Assembly: GCA_028534125.1 (NCBI GenBank)
Contig: CM052838.1
Span: 65,658,001 to 65,722,000 of the forward strand
Direction: 5' to 3'
Length of the DNA: 64,000 nucleotides
DNA from: Lama glama
Taxonomy: Eukaryota
The notes beneath the pieces were generated by a model, which searched no databases, had not been told where the DNA came from, and saw nothing but the letters and a program-made list of their open reading frames with translations. Each line of letters starts with the position of its first letter. Position 1 is the stretch's first letter. Below, in pieces: positions 1 to 9,330 of this stretch. The position numbers and the translations under genes are program-made.

Positions 1-325
1 CTGTGGTGCCGGGGGCTCAGCGGCACATGTGCTCACAGCGGCACCGACTGCGGGGAGCACCGGCCCGGGCCTCCACCGCGTCCGGGGCGCCGAAGGGCCG
101 GAGGGGAGCCTGGAGCTCAGCATAGCCCCTGAGGTCACCGCCTTCCTGAGGCCAGAGCCGCCTCGCCTGCAAGAGCCAGGGTGCAGAGATGCCGCCCGGA
201 CCGCCAGGACCTCGGGCCACCGCCAGCCGCCCCTCCGAGGGGCCTCAGAAATGGGCAGAGTGGGCGGCGGGCGACTGCTCCCCATTCCCACCTCTCACAC
301 CTCTTCCTGTGCTTGCTTTTCTCAG

Positions 326-394
326 TCGGAGAGCGAGGAGAAGGTTGTCACCTACGACCACATCGGGCCCAGCGTCTGCATGGGAGACCACAAG
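326..394 (+). CDS. INPP5A: INPP5A (type I inositol 1,4,5-trisphosphate 5-phosphatase), penultimate coding exon
   Basis: ttttctcag|TCG...AAG|gtgaca; 69 nt, phase 0-0; SESEEKVVTYDHIGPSVCMGDHK matches the INPP5A C-terminal GDHKPV catalytic motif region. Confidence 0.95.
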
Positions 395-1113
395 GTGACA
401 TCACCTCGCTGGGGCCCAGGGTGGGCGGTGGCGGCTTGTCCTGCCGCCTCCTTAGCCTGGCCTCACAGAGGAGGTGAAATTGGTCTGTTTTTATTTGATT
501 TTAATAAAATACCAGAAGGAGTTGGGTAGACAAGCAGACAGTAAGGCAGACAAGACTAGTCACAAGAGAACCCGGGGCAGATTTACTATTTGTAAAAAAT
601 GCTGGTGGTTTCCGGAGTCCGTTTCCCAGGTGTGCATTGGAAGTATTTTAATGGCCTCTGAGGTGGGGCAGCTGCCACCATGGGGCGAGCGGGAGGCGTG
701 CGTGCTACCAGCCCAGCGCTTCGGGAGGCAGTGATTGTTCCAGTACTAAGTTCTCCGTGTGACCGTGCCTGGCCCCTGAGGGGCCCCATGGGGACAGGTC
801 CTGGGTCACTGGCAGGCAAAGGCGATGCACTGGTTCCCCATCTTCAAGACCTCTGGGCCCCACCCACACTGCCCCATCCCAGGAGGAGCTCTGTCTTTCC
901 GGGGCTATTTGGCCGGAATCAGCAGTTCTTAAATGAGCTTTTACATTAGTTTTCCCTCTGGGAATAATGCCCTCTCTACAGACCACGAAGGCCCTCTGCC
1001 TCGAGCCTCTGGCTGCCCAGTCCGGGCAGCTCCACACGGGCGGGGTCCAGAATGGGTACCCAGCCGGGAGCGTGGGGTCCGGGGTTCTGACGACTTCTCT
1101 TCTGCCCCTGCAG

Positions 1114-1194
1114 CCCGTGTTCCTGGCCTTCCGCATCGCGCCCGGGGCAGGTAAACCTCACGCACGTGTGCACAAGTGCTGTGTCGTGCAGTGA
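1114..1194 (+). CDS. INPP5A: INPP5A last coding exon (CaaX-bearing C-terminus)
   Basis: ccctgcag|CCC; PVFLAFRIAPGAGKPHARVHKCCVVQ*; ends in the prenylation motif CVVQ; TGA at 1192-1194; donor gtg|gtaaat after 1201. Confidence 0.95.
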   Translation, partial: PVFLAFRIAPGAGKPHARVHKCCVVQ

Positions 1195-1288
1195 CGTGGT
1201 GGTAAATATTCCTCCTTCCCTCGTGTTCACCTTTCCTGAGTTTCTCCTGGTGTGTGCGCGCCTTTAACCAACGGCCGACTCCACGCAG

Positions 1289-2748
1289 GGACGCGGTGTC
1301 AGCGCCACGAGAGGACCCTTGGCGAGCCCTCCCTGTAGCACAAGGCGCAGACGAAGTCGCAGCCCATGAAATACGTACTCGTGATAGCTGCACCCACAAC
1401 CGCCCGAGCGCCACCCGCTAGGCAGATGGCCAGCCCTGCACTTCGCTTCAGCCTCCGGACGGCGGCTCCGGAAAAGCCTCACATACCTCACTGTCTCGTC
1501 TGTTCATGTGACATTAAGTAGAAATACTGGGTTTTTAAAAAAAAAAAAAAAGTCACAGCCCTGTTGCCAAAACTCTGTAATAGACAGCAAAGAGATTCTG
1601 TATTTTAGACTTCACGGTTTTCGATTTTTACGAATTGTCAGCGTGGAAGAGCTTCTCCAGGGTGGAAACCCCACAGGTGCCGAGCCCTCTGCCAGCCGGG
1701 CGCCCGGTGGGGGGCAGGCGGGCTCTGGACCGCCGGGCTGTGCGCGGCCTCTGCTGGGGGTCGTGGCCCGGCTCCCACTCCGATGGCCCCCCTTCCGTGC
1801 TCTTCACTCTACTGCCATGTGACATGGCTTTTGAATCACACTGCAGCTGCTTTCCATTTTTATATATAAATATATATAAATATATACTTTTTAAAAATAA
1901 TTTATAAACCTTACCAAAACTTACGCTAAATATACTTTCCAGTATGAATGCTTGAGTGGTATTTCAGCAGGTAGCATCGAGGTCTAGGAGATCAGGCACG
2001 TGTCTGTCAGCACACAAGGCTCCCAAACAAGTGACAGGGCTTGGCTGTGCCCTCACGGGCCAGACCGACCCCTGCACGTCTGCACGAGCAGCCGGACTCC
2101 TAGGCCTCCTTCTGTGTAACATTAAGAACTGAATGTGAACTTCATAGCTAGCTCGGGTGTACCTTCTAAGAATTTTGTAAACTGTTTTGTCCGTCTTTTG
2201 TTACTGTTCTGCGGTGCCAAGTATTCTACATGAAACAACAATATCCTGGGAGAGATAAAAGTAGCGTAGCCTGCTTCTGATAGAAACTGCTTTTAACCTG
2301 GGCTGTACATACAAATACTCAGAGAAACAGAACTGCTCACGTCCCTGGCTGCTCAGCCTCGGACGACCTGTGTGATACGCCAGCTGCGAGCCCTGGCCCT
2401 CAGGACAGGCGATCCCAGAGCCCGTGGGCGAAACACAGACGGACGTCTTACTGATCTGCTTCAGAACACTACAGAACTCCTGGGCTGGGGCACGGCGCCG
2501 GGGGCGCCTGTTTCTAGAGAAATCACTACCGTGGCAAGTGCTATGGCGTCCACTCGCCGAATCCGTGTCCTTGACAGTGTGATCGGAGCTGTGTCTGGCT
2601 GGGGTCGCTGCGCTCTGTCCACCGGCCACATGGCCGTTCCGTCCCCAGCGATACGTGTAGCGGGGTTTCAACTGTTGGTCACTGTCGAGGCCTCTAGAAA
2701 TGACCGCTCCAGTTCCTAAGCAATAAAATTGACCATGGTGAAGATACC
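1289..2748 (+). other. INPP5A: INPP5A terminal exon / 3' UTR (3' end approximate)
   Basis: Acceptor ccacgcag|G at 1288/1289 after an 87-nt intron; AU-rich tracts; AATAAA at 2722-2727. Confidence 0.75.
2722..2727 (+). terminator. INPP5A polyadenylation signal
   Basis: Canonical AATAAA at the end of the AU-rich UTR, with GT/CT-rich sequence downstream. Confidence 0.7.
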
Positions 2749-4565
2749 CCGTCTGCTGTCTCCTCCTTCCGCGTGCCCGACCCCCTTTAAATCCCGCGCA
2801 CCAGCAGCGCTGGGCTCTGCCCTGTTGGACGCTGCTCCCAGACAAAGCCGAGGGGTGAGAGCAGAGAGAGCGTCTTCCGGGCTTTTCACTGCAGAGGTGC
2901 CTGCTGGGAGTCCCCCCTCAGCGTTCGCAGTGAGATTACATAAATGCACTGCTTTCCTCAAAACTTTAAAATTGGAAATTTCTTTGCTCTTAACGTGGGC
3001 TGAGGGAATAATTCATGCACAGAAATTAAAAAAAAATCAATGCTTTCCTTAAAAAGAAAAACAGTCAGTGGACGCACCTGGTGTTAAACTGGTGCAACCA
3101 TGCGGCAAAAAAACAGAAAACTTCAGCTTTTTACGTTTCTCTTGAACATTTTTAGTAATGCCCTTCAAGAGAACTCTTAGGGCGCGATACCATTTACTTT
3201 TAGTTTTTAAAATCAACATGACTGTTACGCCCATGAAGCTGCAACCACGTCCAGCTCCAGAGAACAGAAGGGACAGGATGGTCTTCTGTGAACGGGAGCA
3301 GATCCATGGCTGTTCTTAACCAGAATCCCAGCCCTTGGATTCCATGGTGAGGAGACAGGCCAGAGAGAGGAGGGCTTCCCCACCTTCCTCTGGGGGGCTG
3401 GGGGCGGGGGGCTGGGTCTGGCCAGGGGATCCAGGGAGGTACCCTAACGGTCGCGGCTGGAGCAGCCCAGGAGAAGGACGAGGTCCAAACACTGGCCAGA
3501 AGCGCTTTTTCGAGAAAACCAGCCCTTCGAGTCTGAGGATGGAAAGCATAGAGAAAATTCCAGGGCTGGCTGAGGGACCTGCCTGATGTCTCTGGGCAGC
3601 AGAATTGTCTCAGCTTTCCCTTTGTGGTTTCAGCTTGAATTAATTAAATAGTGCTTTCACCGATTAAAAAAACCTGTTGTATGCTAGCGGAAGGGCCACG
3701 ATGCTGATGAACTTAAAACCTGATTTATTTCACCCAGTGTGAGTTTAGTGCTACCTGCAATTGTGTCGCCTCTCCGTAAGGCTAGGCACGTTTTAATCCA
3801 CAGTCAGACCAAAACGCATCAACGGGCTGGGGTTTCAGCCGGGCAGGGATGCCACTCACCGCCCCTGGAAAAGGGGAAAAGTACCACGCTGGGTGGGGTG
3901 GGAATGCCGCTCACCTGCCCTATTGGGGACCCCTAAATGTTTTTAAATCTGCCCCATCTCATCCATCTGAGCAAGCGAAACAGGGGCCTCCGAGACCCCT
4001 GGGGAGGGCGCCCGAGCTCAACCGCGCTGCCCAGACGCCCCGTCCCGGGCTGGGGTCGGAGGAGTTGGCGGGAGGTCGAGGCAGGGAGGGATAAAGGGGT
4101 CCTACCTGCTTCCGCTCACACCTGATGCGCCAGGCGCCCGCGCTCCGCTCCATCCCCGGCGCCATATGCTCCACTCAGCCTCTCGGAGTCCTGGCTCTTG
4201 GCGACGCTCTTGCGGCCCGCCCGGGCGGCCCCTTCCCTTGGGCGGCGGCCGGAGGTTCGCGGGGCCGGGGCGCCCTTCCTCGCGCCCGGCCTCAAGATGC
4301 CCTCGGTCCTGCGCGCTGCCGCCGCCTGGGCAGCCGGGGGCTCGGGGGCTGGAGCCGCTCGCGCCCTGCCGCCGAGCCGGACCCCGTCCAGACTCAGGCG
4401 CCCTCGAGTCTCAGGCGCGGCCCCGCGGGATGGAAGGCTGGACCCGGGACCGAACAGCGAACGCGGCAGGGGCCCCGCAGGGCGCCTCGCCCGCGGTTTT
4501 CGATAAGGAAGAAACACGCGGTGCAGCCTCGGGAGCCACGGCTCCGACGGGGACGTGTTAAATAA

Positions 4566-4571
4566 TTTATT
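4566..4571 (-). terminator. NKX6-2 polyadenylation signal
   Basis: tttatt on + is AATAAA on -, about 230 nt past the inferred stop, in an AT-rich patch. Confidence 0.75.
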
Positions 4572-4802
4572 GATTATACAAAGTGATTCCTCCCAGGACG
4601 CGCAGCAGCGGCGGCCCTGGGCCGACGCCCCCGCCGAACGCGTAGGGGACAGGGACGCGGGCGCGGCCAGGGTCCCTGCACGCCGAGCCGGAGCCGGGCC
4701 GCTTTATAACTTATTCTGTAAAAATATATATACACACTCCGTCCGGCGCAGGCGGCTGGCGTGGGGCGCCGGCCCGCATCCCGTACCCTGGTTGTGCGGC
4801 CT

Positions 4803-5078
4803 NNNNNNNNNNNNNNNNNNNNNNNNNNNNNNNNNNNNNNNNNNNNNNNNNNNNNNNNNNNNNNNNNNNNNNNNNNNNNNNNNNNNNNNNNNNNNNNNNN
4901 NNNNNNNNNNNNNNNNNNNNNNNNNNNNNNNNNNNNNNNNNNNNNNNNNNNNNNNNNNNNNNNNNNNNNNNNNNNNNNNNNNNNNNNNNNNNNNNNNNNN
5001 NNNNNNNNNNNNNNNNNNNNNNNNNNNNNNNNNNNNNNNNNNNNNNNNNNNNNNNNNNNNNNNNNNNNNNNNNNNNNN
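4803..5078. other. Assembly gap (276 N) expected to hold NKX6-2 coding exon 3 (homeodomain helix 3 and C-terminus)
   Basis: N run; on - it is preceded by a branch-like ctgac and the start of a pyrimidine tract, and followed by 3' UTR; size fits about 255 coding nt. Confidence 0.85.
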
Positions 5079-5343
5079 GAGAGTGACCGTCAGGCGGCGC
5101 CTCCCCTAGCACCCAACCTGCGGCCCCGCGGCTCCTAACTGTAGCCCCGGCCGCCCTCGTGGAGGCGAGGGTCGCCCCTCCGCCCCAACCCCTCGGCCCC
5201 AGCCCGAACAGCAGGGCTGGGAGCCCCCGGGACTGGAGCCAAGGCCGTCGGCCGCTCACAGACCGTTCGCAGGACGCGGGGGACCGGGTCAATTTGGTCG
5301 CAGCGGGATCCGCGGGGGACCGCCCAGGCCGCAGCCGCCTCAC

Positions 5344-5516
5344 CTTGACTTGGCTCTCGGTCATGCCCAGGGAGTAGGCGAGGCGCGCACGCTCCGGACC
5401 TGCCAAGTACTTGGTCTGCTCAAAAGTCTTCTCCAGCGCGAAGATCTGCTGGCCCGAGAAGGTCGGCCGCGAGTGCTTCTTCTTGCCATCCTTGTCCAGG
5501 ACCCCGCCAGCGTGGG
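5344..5516 (-). CDS. NKX6-2: NKX6-2 exon 2 (homeodomain N-terminal part)
   Basis: tttgcag|CC...AAG|gtgagg; 173 nt; [57 protein letters not shown] is the NK6 homeodomain. Confidence 0.97.
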
Positions 5517-5600
5517 CTGCAAATGAGGGCAGGTGAGAGCGGCCCGCCTCCCGACTCCCCTCCCACGGCCCCACGCCGAACCTGCGCGCTGGCCACTTAC

Positions 5601-5904
5601 CCGGGCCGGCCAGGCGCGGGTCCCTCCAGGGCGAACCCTGCACCACGCCCGGCCAGAAGATGGGCGGGCGCCCGGGCAGCTCGGCCAGCGGCTTCGGGTA
5701 GCCGCGCGCCACGGCGGCCGCGGGCCCAAAGTAGACGCCAGCCGACGAAGCGAGTCCGTTGAGACGGGGCAGGCCGCCTAGGAGGCTGCCGCTCGCCGCG
5801 CCCACGGGCCGCCCCAAGATGTCGCTGATGCCATGCGGGGTGCCGAGCGGCAGCTGCGCGCCCAAGCCGCCCAGCGCGGGCGCCTTGAAACCGGCCGGAC
5901 CCTG
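5601..5904 (-). CDS. NKX6-2: NKX6-2 exon 1, visible part (start codon lies in the gap)
   Basis: [33 protein letters not shown]...[19 protein letters not shown], including the eh1/TN motif [10 protein letters not shown]; donor G|gtaagt at 5601/5600. Confidence 0.95.
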
Positions 5905-6044
5905 NNNNNNNNNNNNNNNNNNNNNNNNNNNNNNNNNNNNNNNNNNNNNNNNNNNNNNNNNNNNNNNNNNNNNNNNNNNNNNNNNNNNNNNNNNNNNNNN
6001 NNNNNNNNNNNNNNNNNNNNNNNNNNNNNNNNNNNNNNNNNNNN
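5905..6044. other. Assembly gap (140 N) expected to hold the NKX6-2 ATG (about 6006) and first ~34 codons
   Basis: N run between visible coding sequence and GC-rich 5' UTR. Confidence 0.85.
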
Positions 6045-6259
6045 CCGTCGCCGCCGCCCGCGCCCGCCGGCCTGGGAAGTTTGCGCGCGGCCCGGGCGAG
6101 CGCCGGCTGCAGCGGGGGCGCGGGGCGTGGGCCGCGGGCCGCGGGCGCCGACGGCACGGAGGGCGGGCGGCGGCTCCGGCACGGGCTGGGCGGCGGTCGG
6201 GGAACTACTGGCGGTAGCGGTGGCGGCTCCGGGCCGAGTCGGAGCGGCGCCGCGCGGGC

Positions 6260-6540
6260 CGGACGCGCTGATAACCGCGGGGCCCCGGCGCGGCGCGCGC
6301 GCTGATTGGCTGCCGGCGCCCGCGGCCCGGCCATTGGCCAGCGCCCCGCCGTCTGCGCGCGCCCCCGCCGGCAGCGCACTCCATGAAGGGCCCATTAGCG
6401 CCGCAGGTGCCTCCCGGGCTGTAAATTTGTCCCCTGATTTATCTCCCCGGGGACGAAATAAATCCCGCTGGATGGGAGTTTAGTTAGGCAAAGGTTTTAA
6501 TGGGAAATCAGGAAAAAATACGAGAACATATTTTATCGCC
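6260..6540 (-). promoter_or_regulatory. NKX6-2 proximal promoter
   Basis: Two CCAAT boxes on - (6305-6309, 6333-6337), GC boxes, TGATTTAT at 6435-6442 and TAAT cores in an AT-richer block. Confidence 0.65.
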
Positions 6541-9139
6541 CGAAAGAATGTAGATTTGAGGATCCACTCAGCACACTCCGTGGACCCCGTTCAGTGAAGA
6601 GCCACAGGCGGGAGGGCACGGGGAGCCCGCAGGCATTCGGGGTCACGGCCCGCGCCCCCCGCCCCCGGCTGCTTCCCTCTGCCCCGGGCTCAGGTTTGGG
6701 GGGAGGGCCAAAAACATTTCCGTAAACATTCTCCTCCGGAATACAGAAGACGGAGGAAGCCGGACCTCAGAGTCCACGGGCCGAATGCCAGACATGGCCC
6801 ACGAGAAGCTTTCACCAATCAACTAGTTTGCTCGGTGGCGAGGCCTGTCCGAGGGTCACAGGCGAGGCCGCCGACCCCCGGGCGCTGCCAGGACAGCCGT
6901 TAGTTCCCAGTCCCCTCCCCCCGGGCCCGCGGAGCTGAAACCTTCCGGGCCTCTGGGTTGGGTGTTTCCCGGTCGCGAAGTCGGGGCTTGTTCCCGGGAG
7001 GCAACCTGAGCCCAGAGCTTCGACCTGGGCGCCGATTTAGCCCGCAGCCTTCCCCGCGTGAAGCACAGCCCCAGCTGGCAGAACGGGCGCCGTGGCAGGC
7101 TCCGAGTCCCGATCCCAAGGCATACGGGGCCACATTCGGGGCCTTGGATGCAGCGGGCAGGAGCGCGGACTTCTGACAAGCATGCAGGGCCCACAGTGTC
7201 CTCCTCTGGGTACGAAGAGCCTCCCACACCGCAGAATTGCTGTGGAGGGTTCAAATAAGATGGTAGTGGGCTGCGCGCGCTGGCGGAGAGCAGGCGCTGA
7301 GTACAATTCCGGACCTTGCTTCCTCGTCACGTATTAATTACTGAGTGATGACTAATATTATTACTCGCTGCCTTTTGGGAACGTGCGGGAACCCATGGCC
7401 GCCGTTTTGTGGCTTGGGGGCGGCGTGTGCCAAGCCGGCCTCTGTCAGGCCTGGTGCGGTGCGCTGTCCGTTAGCAACGACTTTCCCGTTTCACTTCGGC
7501 TGCCAGGGTTTCAGTGGCGAGGTAGAAGGCCACCTTCTTGGCTCTGTGCTGGGACCCAGCGCCCGCTCGCGCTGAGACCCTCGGGGGTCCGTTTTCGTTT
7601 TGTGCAGTTAGCTGTGGAGTCTTAGTACGCAGACTCCCTAAGCCAGATCGCGGCTTGGAAAGCCACTGACCACCGGGGCTGGGCGGCCGTTCGGTGGCCT
7701 CCTCTGGCCGTGTGAGCGCGCGCCGTGTGGTCCCGGGAGGCGCGGCGTGGGGCGTGGTGCCCTGGCTCCGAGCGCGGTGCAGCCCGCGCGCAAGAGAGTT
7801 TCTCTCTTCCTGCTTCCTTGACTGGGGCCGCACTCGCAGATCCGGGTGTGACTGCCCCGCAGGCGATCGGCCCCAGCGGGGCCAGGCCCGGGATACCGAG
7901 AGCGCCCCTCCAGCGTTCCCGCGGTACGTACTGCGGCCGAGCCCCAAGACCGGCCCCGGGCCTCGCATGCGCCCCACTTTCCTGGGCACTGCGTGCGTGC
8001 GCCTCGAGAGCCCGGCCCCAGGGAGGCTCCTTCCCTGCAGGGTTTGGGCCCCTCTGGGCTCCTCCGGCCTCCTCCGGGCTGCAGCGGGTGGAGAAAGCTG
8101 GCGCTCCGGTTGGAGCGGGAGCTGTGGGCCTGGGGGCGGGGCCGAGGGAGGGGAGGGGCCTAGTGAGAGGGGCGGGGCCGGCTCTCCGCTCGGGACCACT
8201 CTGTGGGCTACCGAGCCAACTCTGGGTATCCTTGACCCGACGGTCTTCTGGGGGTGGGACAGGAGTGGCGCGCCCGGACGGGACAACAGGGCGCACTATC
8301 CTTCCGAAGGGTCCCCGCGACCCTGGCTCGGAGGCAGGAGGAACACTGCAGCTCTGGGCGCTGCTCTTTGGCTCCTCGCGCACCCGGGCGGGGGCCTCCG
8401 CAGCCCTTTTACACCGATGAGAAAAGAGACCTCGAGTCGCTGCCCTGCGTGCCGGCTCTGTCTACGCCGCCGGGTCCTGCCTGGACTAAGGCCGGAATGC
8501 TTGGTGTCGCGAGTGGGTCTGCCGTCTCCACTGACCGCAGCGGGCGCGGCTCTCCTGGGAGCCAGTGGCCGCGGGTGCGAGATAGGGGCTGGAGTGAGGT
8601 TTGGAGGGCCTGTGGCGGATTGGGGGCGCCGGGACTGCTGGGTGAAGGCGGCCTCTTTTAAATGCTCTCTGGCTGTTGGTGTCTCGGTACGCTCCGCGCG
8701 CATCCTGTCCTGCTCGGCGTGCGGGGGCACCCAAGCCCCGTCTCTCTCCCACCCTGCAGGACGCTGCGGCACGGGGCTGCCTCTCCCTAGTGCCCCGGTC
8801 CCGGGTATAAAGTCTTGTTAACTACCACGTCTTCCTTGCCCGCCATCTTTTGGCATTCCAGACTGCGCCCCCAAGCACTCCTGCTGTGCTCCTGGGCATT
8901 GCCACCTCCGTGGGACCAAAGGAAACACCCCCCCCCCGTAAGGAAAATCTGGTGGCCGCCTGCCTGGAAGGAGCGCCTCTGGGCTCCCACTGCCTGATCC
9001 GGTTTCCGCCGTACTGGAGAGGTCCGCGTACGCCACCTTCTGGTCTTGAAGGAAAAGTCCTGCGGAGGAAGACAACCGGCGCTTTTCGGCGCGTGAACTT
9101 GGACGTCGTGGGAACACACAGCGCTGTGTGGCAGAGATC

Positions 9140-9330
9140 TTTATTTACTCAACGTTTATTTACTGGGCACCTACTAGGTGCCAGGCGTGCTCTGGGAGAG
9201 TCACGTGAACTCAGCGAGCTCCACCTCCGTGCGCCCCGCCCTGCCTTGCGGGAAGGAGTGGACAATAAACAAAAAAACCTGTTCGGCAAGTGCCTGCAGG
9301 TTGGGAACAACACTATTGATCCCTTTGTTG
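9140..9330 (-). mobile_element. L2 LINE 3'-end remnant
   Basis: ttactcaacgtttatttactgggcacctactaggtgccaggcgtgctct resembles the reverse complement of the L2 3' end. Confidence 0.6.

Larger units (their letters stand above)
3990..8800. promoter_or_regulatory. CpG island spanning NKX6-2 and its upstream region
   Basis: Very high GC and dense CpG by inspection; boundaries approximate. Confidence 0.85.

Noticed and set aside
1202-1288. INPP5A 3' UTR intron as U12-type (CCTTTAAC near the acceptor)
   Set aside because: The 5' site GTAAATAT does not match the U12 consensus RTATCCTT
4711-5865. 384-aa ORF as a single-exon NKX6-2
   Set aside because: Reads through two introns and an N gap; canonical splice sites are present
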